Position numbers and translations under genes: made by a program
Shown: positions 5,601 to 8,816 of the stretch, piece after piece
Layout: each line of letters starts with the position of its first letter
Numbering within the stretch: the first letter of the stretch is position 1
The notes under the pieces: generated by a model
Database searches by the model: none
What the model saw: the letters and a program-made list of their open reading frames with translations, nothing else
What the model was told of the DNA's origin: nothing
NCBI GenBank assembly: GCA_964522265.1
Contig: CAZFVS010000039.1
Coordinates: 1-8,816 of the forward strand
Direction of reading: 5' to 3'
Length of the DNA: 8,816 bases
Origin: an uncultured Gammaproteobacteria bacterium
Lineage (GTDB): Bacteria; Patescibacteriota; Microgenomatia; Daviesbacterales; UBA10151

Positions 5601-7410
5601 CATGGAAGGATTAACATCAGGCGGTATTAAAAATACACCAGATCAGGTTTTGCACCAAGGAAGTGTTGACATGAATACGCATGATATAAACCAATCCAGC
5701 TCACTAAATCCCGACCATCTTTCATATGATGAGTGGGCTGCGACAATGAGCAGGATTAATCCTGCAACAGGTGCTGTAGAGCAAGGGAAGATGTCAATTA
5801 CATTAAAACCAGATGCTTTGCATCCGGAAGGAATCAGGCTGCATGGGTTTTTGCGGGGGGATGGGTCGTTTGATGCTTCCAAAGATTTTTATATCGGGCC
5901 CCAATACCCCAGCAATACTGATTTAAGTTCGGCTGATTTGCAAACCATGACGGATAAATTACGCCTGGAAGGTTGGACCATAGAGCAAACGCCTACCGGC
6001 TACCATATCACGCCACCAGGTGCTACAGAGTATATTGGTACGGAAAAACAGTTCAATGAAACTGATTTTGGTTTACCTTTCCTTGTTCCCCGCCGCCCAC
6101 TGGAAGCGCCTGAACAACCAAAGACCCCCAAGCCTGAAGATGAGCAAAAAACTAAAGATGTGCTGGAAGCAAAACAACAGGAACTCTCAAGCCAGCCTGA
6201 AAGCGAGGAGAGAAATCTTGAACTTGGACGTCTCAACGAACAGATTGCCCGGTTGGAACAAGCACCGCTTATTGACGGAGAAACTCACACATCCGAACAG
6301 ATATTTGCAGGGATAAAAGGCGAGGTCGACAGAAAACATAAGTATTTTATCGAGGAAGTCCCTGATCATTGGATTAACTTGACCGAAGATCAACTACAAG
6401 AGCTTGAATCGCGTTTGCCATTTTTCATTAATATTCAGCAAAATCCGGACGGTACGATTTCATTTAAAACAAACAAACGCGTGGTCCCATTTGTATATGA
6501 GCTGCTTCATGCAAACCAAAGGTATGCTAACGGCGAGCGGCGTACTTATGGGGATTCCGGGCTTTTAGCGCTGGCTGCAGTTTCCGCAGAAAACCCTCGG
6601 AATCAGGCAGAGCTTTATAGAATCTTGGGCATGATGATTGCGGATATCCACCACACTAATCCTAATCTGATAATTGAGTGGTGGAGAGCTCAGGTCGAAC
6701 CCGCAGGACAGATATCCTCACAGTTGATCTTTGTAAATAACGATTATCAATCACCAGGCAAGTTGAAACCGGAAAATCAAAGATTAGTTTATCAAATCGG
6801 CGATTTTAATCAGACCTGGAGACAAAGAATAAAAGAATTGAGCAAAGCAGTTTATGATGACAAACTCCAACCTCACCATTTGCGCTGGCTGGAATTCTTA
6901 TCTCATTCAATAAACATTGAGAAACTGATGGAGATCATAAAAAGCAATCAGCCACCTCCGGCGTTTCCCGGTCCGACTGATGACGCAGCGGCACAAATCC
7001 CAACCCATCCGCCAACACCGGAAGAAGTCGCAGAACGTACCCAAACACTAAAGGCTAAAACCCAGCCGGTTTTGGCTCCTGACGAAACCGCAATTAGAAC
7101 CGAATTTCTTCCGATAGGAGAAGATATTACAATCCTGGTAAACCAAGCAGTAGACATAAACCCTGACTTAAATCCGGGTTACCGGGTAAGATTCACCAAT
7201 ATTGCCAATGAACTAAAATGGGGTGTTAACCCTCAGAAGTATCTCGCACTGCTTGAGGAAGCAAAAGGAACTGCAGAAAGGATGAAAAGAGAGTACGGCA
7301 AAGGCTTCGGCACAACCCCGATAGAAGTACTACACTCCCACTTGGCTAATCAAATCATCGATTTGGTTGATTGGCACCTGAATCAACTCCAGACTACTCC
7401 ATCGCTGTAA
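2677..7410 (+). CDS. Giant (1577 aa) cysteine-free multi-module membrane protein, function unknown
   Basis: A single uninterrupted 4734-nt ORF; all antisense ORFs inside it are short. There is no signal peptide. Residues 1-589 are E/K/R/Q-rich and helical. A Gly/Ala-rich hydrophobic hairpin spans aa 590-627 (nt 4444-4557) and a third hydrophobic helix spans aa 821-843 (nt 5137-5205), preceded by RDTRRNR. After it comes an N/S/T/G/D-rich segment. Three Pro-rich linkers lie at nt 3202-3249, 6085-6147 and 6946-7026. I recognise no catalytic or family motif. Confidence 0.85.
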   Translation: MESESDQVSKNAVESTEKQLEKQATRRQIIHAFESSFILLDSYISDPKIQATDEERKDFAFITQARGRTDLRKGRDTYQNKFFGTIGEVYEEGEGIPVEKLIAFLRRQAETTRDPAARKRHLKNAQILEDNSRLFYDIHSSMEPEAMTAREMQEAQQFSGDLDQAKEVLRNRRELWPPPAVHQPPQPKGPELTIGLVAGKQRVEHAEEGGKSQEEMEVLEERAREIARLQMTEDRTKWEGRFSFIRQFIPRLWKSTIGEVATYNKEKNHAIKLLAESGVQMTTLPHSFMEQVDSLARQNIARSRSGIRQRVWGAVRDIFHEATFTEKGLHQERLNIIRQLRQAANRINEPDQQDFLKNHSLGKQFIDILNGDYQASEALAKRVNSEYGDELIHKTIGEKRGQEATRLEGPIADFFKNDIITPLLQEGLAKGAISEGTILQAREKMQEFFFSERFISWYNDPKNQEIRDSLNLSLSYGSDLIPLIQEVILPQVLQAKEHLKSTKDLKNYIKKMVLKVNVGTLEAGQKGVIEEGLLERAASRTITNERVMQLYEQLRASNNAPKLIPDTYLDAAVDRANLVGRLGRLATHQVVMGVAVGAGLYAARAGAGTVGRLVAPIIGGGLVAGAFRAVQERRMFTREHEQHEVETELGYKFPGDARRREQMRSLELHKRDMQSELINPMQQIIKEIDSGTASPERLMELAGLMADTRARFRIMDIRNIGLLAASSPQNYQVEKTNLELTQAKASATLKSYLETHPELGLQDLSVDSLIGELTDVQVTNLERGTGIDAKYQAALGNLTITQAQSIETREQAFRDTRRNRMIMAGTTTAVGVVGGYFLSNFAINRATEFALSHDIPVAGEALRNAGFEQTVRSDKLGNVDLNEAFDHPKGYNLEDPTTHERFTLVVSVDDNNPGRMVDVFDANGQKLGLPMWLAKDGEHTKLIAAGSPDNLPSGLKNYVSEWQNNPTTEHSLKAYMEGLTSGGIKNTPDQVLHQGSVDMNTHDINQSSSLNPDHLSYDEWAATMSRINPATGAVEQGKMSITLKPDALHPEGIRLHGFLRGDGSFDASKDFYIGPQYPSNTDLSSADLQTMTDKLRLEGWTIEQTPTGYHITPPGATEYIGTEKQFNETDFGLPFLVPRRPLEAPEQPKTPKPEDEQKTKDVLEAKQQELSSQPESEERNLELGRLNEQIARLEQAPLIDGETHTSEQIFAGIKGEVDRKHKYFIEEVPDHWINLTEDQLQELESRLPFFINIQQNPDGTISFKTNKRVVPFVYELLHANQRYANGERRTYGDSGLLALAAVSAENPRNQAELYRILGMMIADIHHTNPNLIIEWWRAQVEPAGQISSQLIFVNNDYQSPGKLKPENQRLVYQIGDFNQTWRQRIKELSKAVYDDKLQPHHLRWLEFLSHSINIEKLMEIIKSNQPPPAFPGPTDDAAAQIPTHPPTPEEVAERTQTLKAKTQPVLAPDETAIRTEFLPIGEDITILVNQAVDINPDLNPGYRVRFTNIANELKWGVNPQKYLALLEEAKGTAERMKREYGKGFGTTPIEVLHSHLANQIIDLVDWHLNQLQTTPSL

Positions 7411-7470
7411 TTGCTAAACTGCCCACAAAACCATAATTAAAGTATACCTTGCACCTTATCCATCTTAGCT

Positions 7471-7659
7471 TCATTTTTTAACAAAGTAAGGATAAGCATG
7501 CCCCAATATCCCCAACGCCAAGAGGGCAATCCCCCAGCGCAATGTATGGGCGCCAAATACAGGATAGGTCAAAAGCACTCCTATCCCCATGCCAATTATA
7601 AAATGCACTGCGGAATTAAAGTACACATGTTTTGCAAAATAACTCTCAATTTTTTTCAC
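7471..7659 (-). CDS. Small (62 aa) two-TM membrane protein, unknown function
   Basis: GTG start at 7659 is preceded by a strong Shine-Dalgarno GAGGTGA (plus 7663-7669) with a 3-nt gap. Two hydrophobic helices are present (AVHFIIGMGIGVLLTYPVF and WGIALLALGILGHAYPYF). It lies 10 nt downstream of the preceding gene on the same strand. Confidence 0.6.
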   Translation of the reverse strand: MKKIESYFAKHVYFNSAVHFIIGMGIGVLLTYPVFGAHTLRWGIALLALGILGHAYPYFVKK

Positions 7660-7669
7660 AAATCACCTC

Positions 7670-7897
7670 TTATCTGTAAGTTTTTGTTGTATCCCCATTC
7701 TGGCTTTCCTTAATTTCATCAATCTTTTCCTGGAGCATATCCGGAGTGATGTGTGCCAATGAATCTTTCACCAGTTCAAGAGTTTTACCCGCATGCATAT
7801 CGTTTGCAATAGCAGCATTGGCCAGCTCCTGAAGAGTGATATTCCTCCCCTCAGCCATATGGTCATCATAAGATCCGCATCCGCAATTTAAACACAT
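7670..7897 (-). CDS. Small (75 aa) soluble protein with an N-terminal Cys cluster MCLNCGCG...H, putative metal-binding, unknown function
   Basis: The ORF begins M-C-L-N-C-G-C-G-S-Y-D-D-H (CxxCxC plus His within 14 residues); the rest is helical and acidic. It appears co-transcribed with the downstream 2-TM gene. A putative promoter lies upstream. I cannot name the family. Confidence 0.6.
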   Translation of the reverse strand: MCLNCGCGSYDDHMAEGRNITLQELANAAIANDMHAGKTLELVKDSLAHITPDMLQEKIDEIKESQNGDTTKTYR

Positions 7898-7909
7898 ATC
7901 TTTAAATTA

Positions 7910-7939
7910 ATAATATGCCAATCAGTATTTAAAATACAA
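7910..7939 (-). promoter_or_regulatory. Putative promoter TTGTAT-N18-TATTAT for the Cys-cluster/2-TM operon
   Basis: On the minus strand TTGTAT lies at plus 7939-7934 and TATTAT at plus 7915-7910. The -10 ends 12 nt before the ATG at 7897 and no clear SD is present. The 13-bp palindrome at 7925-7937 overlaps the -35 and spacer. Confidence 0.3.
7925..7937. promoter_or_regulatory. Perfect 13-bp palindrome GTATTT-A-AAATAC (operator-like)
   Basis: Read directly from the sequence. It overlaps the putative -35/spacer of the minus-strand promoter, in the region shared with divergent msrB. Confidence 0.25.
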
Positions 7940-8045
7940 GTCCGCAGGTAATAACTCAGACTTCTGATAATTATTTTTCGAAGTGAGCTTGCGATCTGAA
8001 CTGTTATCCCCACAGTAAACTATTCCCCGGTGTATAAATTCCGGA

Positions 8046-8051
8046 TATAAT
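8046..8051 (+). promoter_or_regulatory. Consensus -10 hexamer TATAAT 6 nt upstream of the msrB ATG (leaderless-type arrangement)
   Basis: TATAAT lies at 8046-8051 and the ATG at 8058, so the A of the ATG falls at the expected TSS position. No Shine-Dalgarno is present. The -35 position (TTCCCC) is poor. Confidence 0.35.
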
Positions 8052-8057
8052 ATATTC

Positions 8058-8441
8058 ATGAATCATTTAACTGCGGAGGAAAAGGCAGTTATTGAAGGTA
8101 AGGGAACTGAAACGCCCTTTTCCGGAGAATACGATAACTTTTACGATAGCGGCGTGTTTGTCTGCCGGCGCTGTAATACCCCGCTTTTTTCTTCAAAAAG
8201 CAAATTTGATGCAGGCTGCGGATGGCCTTCGTTTGATAAAGACTACCCAAACTCCTTAAAAAGACTGCCCGACCCGGACGGACAACGCACCGAGATACAG
8301 TGTGCAAACTGTCAAGCTCACCTGGGGCATGTCTTTGCAGGGGAGCATTTAACGGATCGAAATATGCGGTATTGCGTCAATTCACTCTCAATCCGTTTTA
8401 TTCCGGAAGGGCAGAAACTGCCTGAAACCATTCATGAATGA
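8058..8441 (+). CDS. msrB: Peptide-methionine (R)-S-oxide reductase MsrB (SelR domain), zinc-binding type
   Basis: Motifs present: GTETPFSGEY, both zinc CxxC pairs (CRRC and CANC), GCGWPSF, HLGHVF and the catalytic RYCVNS. The 127-aa length is typical for the family. Confidence 0.93.
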   Translation: MNHLTAEEKAVIEGKGTETPFSGEYDNFYDSGVFVCRRCNTPLFSSKSKFDAGCGWPSFDKDYPNSLKRLPDPDGQRTEIQCANCQAHLGHVFAGEHLTDRNMRYCVNSLSIRFIPEGQKLPETIHE

Positions 8442-8496
8442 ACCAAAACCCCAGGTGTAGAAAGGGTTAATTTCCATAAAATAGCTTATGTATGAG

Positions 8497-8623
8497 TTCA
8501 GCTTTCTCCAGTAGCACCACCTTCCAGGAGTCAGGGCCCACCTGGAAGGTGGCCCGCTTCGCCGAAGCTTCAGCGAGACGAGCCGTATGGACTCCTTCCA
8601 GGTGAGTGTTGGCAAGAACTGAA
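8497..8623 (+). ncRNA. Candidate structured RNA element (unknown class); could also be a structured msrB 3' UTR
   Basis: This is a GC-rich island: by hand count 61 of 96 nt are G/C across 8513-8608, against AT-rich flanks. It can form a long irregular helix: 8497-8501/8619-8623, 8504-8507/8615-8618, 8508-8510/8610-8612, 8518-8521/8601-8604 and 8526-8532/8590-8596. The apical region has two hairpins (8534-8555 and 8556-8568). A competing perfect 12-bp helix pairs 8517-8528 with 8541-8552. A TAAAAT -10-like hexamer lies upstream (8477-8482) and a T7 run downstream (8632-8638). Strand assignment is tentative. Confidence 0.3.
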
Positions 8624-8666
8624 TAGTTACATTTTTTTGTAAAAAACTGAATTTAAATTTTAGTTC

Positions 8667-8687
8667 TGGTAAAATAGAGAGTAAAAT
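8667..8687 (+). promoter_or_regulatory. Putative tRNA promoter region: two copies of GTAAAATAGA, the first with an extended -10 context (TGgTAAAAT)
   Basis: TGGTAAAAT lies at 8667-8675 and a second TAAAAT at 8682-8687, 9 nt before the tRNA 5' end. No good -35 is seen. Confidence 0.3.
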
Positions 8688-8696
8688 AGAATTGAT

Positions 8697-8768
8697 GCGG
8701 GTGTAATTCAGCGGTAGAATGCCACTTTTCCAAAGTGGACGTCAGGGGTCCGACTCCCCTCACCCGCT
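8697..8768 (+). tRNA. tRNA-Gly (anticodon UCC)
   Basis: Hand-folded cloverleaf: acceptor GCGGGTG/CACCCGC (7 bp), D arm ATTC-AGCGGTA-GAAT, anticodon arm CCACT-TTTCCAA-AGTGG (anticodon TCC), variable loop ACGTC, T arm AGGGG-TCCGACT-CCCCT, discriminator T. CCA is not encoded. Confidence 0.92.
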
Positions 8769-8780
8769 CTCGAACAAAAA

Positions 8781-8810
8781 ACTGGTCCTTGTGGCCAGTT
8801 TTTCTGTTTG
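8781..8810 (+). terminator. Rho-independent terminator after tRNA-Gly
   Basis: The hairpin is ACTGG(T)CC-ttgt-GGCCAGT (8781-8799, 7 bp with one bulge), followed by TTTTcTgTTT. An A6 run precedes it, so it could act in both directions. Confidence 0.6.
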
Positions 8811-8816
8811 AAAGGG

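Noticed and set aside
2888-7157. Antisense or off-frame ORFs inside the giant gene: 2888-3232, 3165-3446, 3795-4061, 4381-4605, 4626-4826, 5085-5300, 5643-5882, 6000-6236, 6020-6316, 6187-6393 and 6948-7157.
   Set aside because: All are 66-114 aa, lie wholly within the 4.7-kb ORF, and have Ser/Cys/Leu/Arg-rich low-complexity translations typical of shadow frames. None has a start context or motif supporting it.
7411-7470. An expected convergent terminator between the giant gene and the 2-TM gene.
   Set aside because: I found only a 5-bp GCTAA/TTAGC complement separated by 47 nt, with no stable stem-loop or T-run. No terminator is called here; termination may be factor-dependent.
8517-8552. 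The perfect 12-bp inverted repeat as the msrB intrinsic terminator.
   Set aside because: It is followed by CCCGCTTCGCC with no U-tract. The only T-run is about 80 nt further on (8632-8638). It is kept as part of the structured-element finding rather than called a terminator.
8556-8570. Glycine-riboswitch-like string CGCCGAAG just upstream of a tRNA-Gly gene.
   Set aside because: Only this 8-mer matches. The other conserved blocks (GGAGAG, GGAGCAA, CUCUCAGGCAAAAGGAC) are missing, and no regulated ORF lies downstream. I treat it as coincidence.
8513-8600. Possible SRP (4.5S) RNA, suggested by CCAGGAGUCAGG followed by a GGAA-containing loop.
   Set aside because: The conserved 3' strand of SRP domain IV (GGAAGCAGCC-type) is absent. 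GGAA is not presented as a C-G-closed tetraloop, and the apex is a three-way junction rather than a simple rod. The resemblance is limited to a short string. Only a covariance-model scan could settle it.
7498-8615. ORFs 7498-7713 (+), 8089-8307 (-) and 8388-8615 (-).
   Set aside because: The first two are antisense to the 2-TM gene and to msrB. The third spans the msrB 3' end and the GC-rich structured element, and its translation (RRSGPPSRWALTPGRWCYW) looks like the read-through of a palindromic GC-rich RNA element rather than a protein.
8697-8816. The tRNA gene as an integration site for a genomic island, which would make the giant gene or small operons horizontally acquired.
   Set aside because: No integrase is present, I saw no direct repeat of the tRNA 3' end elsewhere in the window, and housekeeping genes flank the region on both sides. 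The sequence beyond 8816 is not visible, so an island to the right cannot be excluded.
1-8816. Alternative genetic code (UGA recoded, as in some candidate phyla).
   Set aside because: rpe, msrB, the membrane protease, the small acidic protein and the 2-TM protein all terminate at TGA at sensible, family-typical lengths. The giant ORF contains no in-frame TGA that would need recoding.

Overview
The window reads as ordinary chromosomal DNA from an AT-leaning bacterium that uses the standard code: rpe, msrB and the membrane protease all end at TGA at family-typical lengths. I see no transposase, integrase, CRISPR array or recognisable defence gene. A small-genome uncultivated lineage (Patescibacteria/CPR-like) is my guess from gene content only.

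Layout, left to right:
- A minus-strand run: a LOG-family protein (partial, runs off the left edge), rpe and rpiB.
- A 190-bp intergenic region holding a heptanucleotide tandem repeat and an orphan plus-strand promoter and terminator pair.
- A minus-strand pair: a small acidic helical protein whose stop overlaps the start (ATGA) of an HExxH intramembrane metalloprotease.
- A divergently transcribed 4.7-kb gene for a 1577-aa cysteine-free membrane protein with no motif I recognise. It fills 54% of the window.
- A minus-strand pair of small genes: an N-terminal Cys-cluster protein and a 2-TM protein.
- A divergent zinc-type msrB.
- A GC-rich structured element of about 125 nt.
- tRNA-Gly(UCC) with its terminator.

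The strongest candidate for something undescribed is the giant orphan membrane protein together with the divergent S2P-like protease pair. Secondary candidates are the repeat-built promoter, the two candidate small or structured RNAs, and the Cys-cluster/2-TM/msrB cluster. All functional links are hypotheses; nothing was searched against a database.
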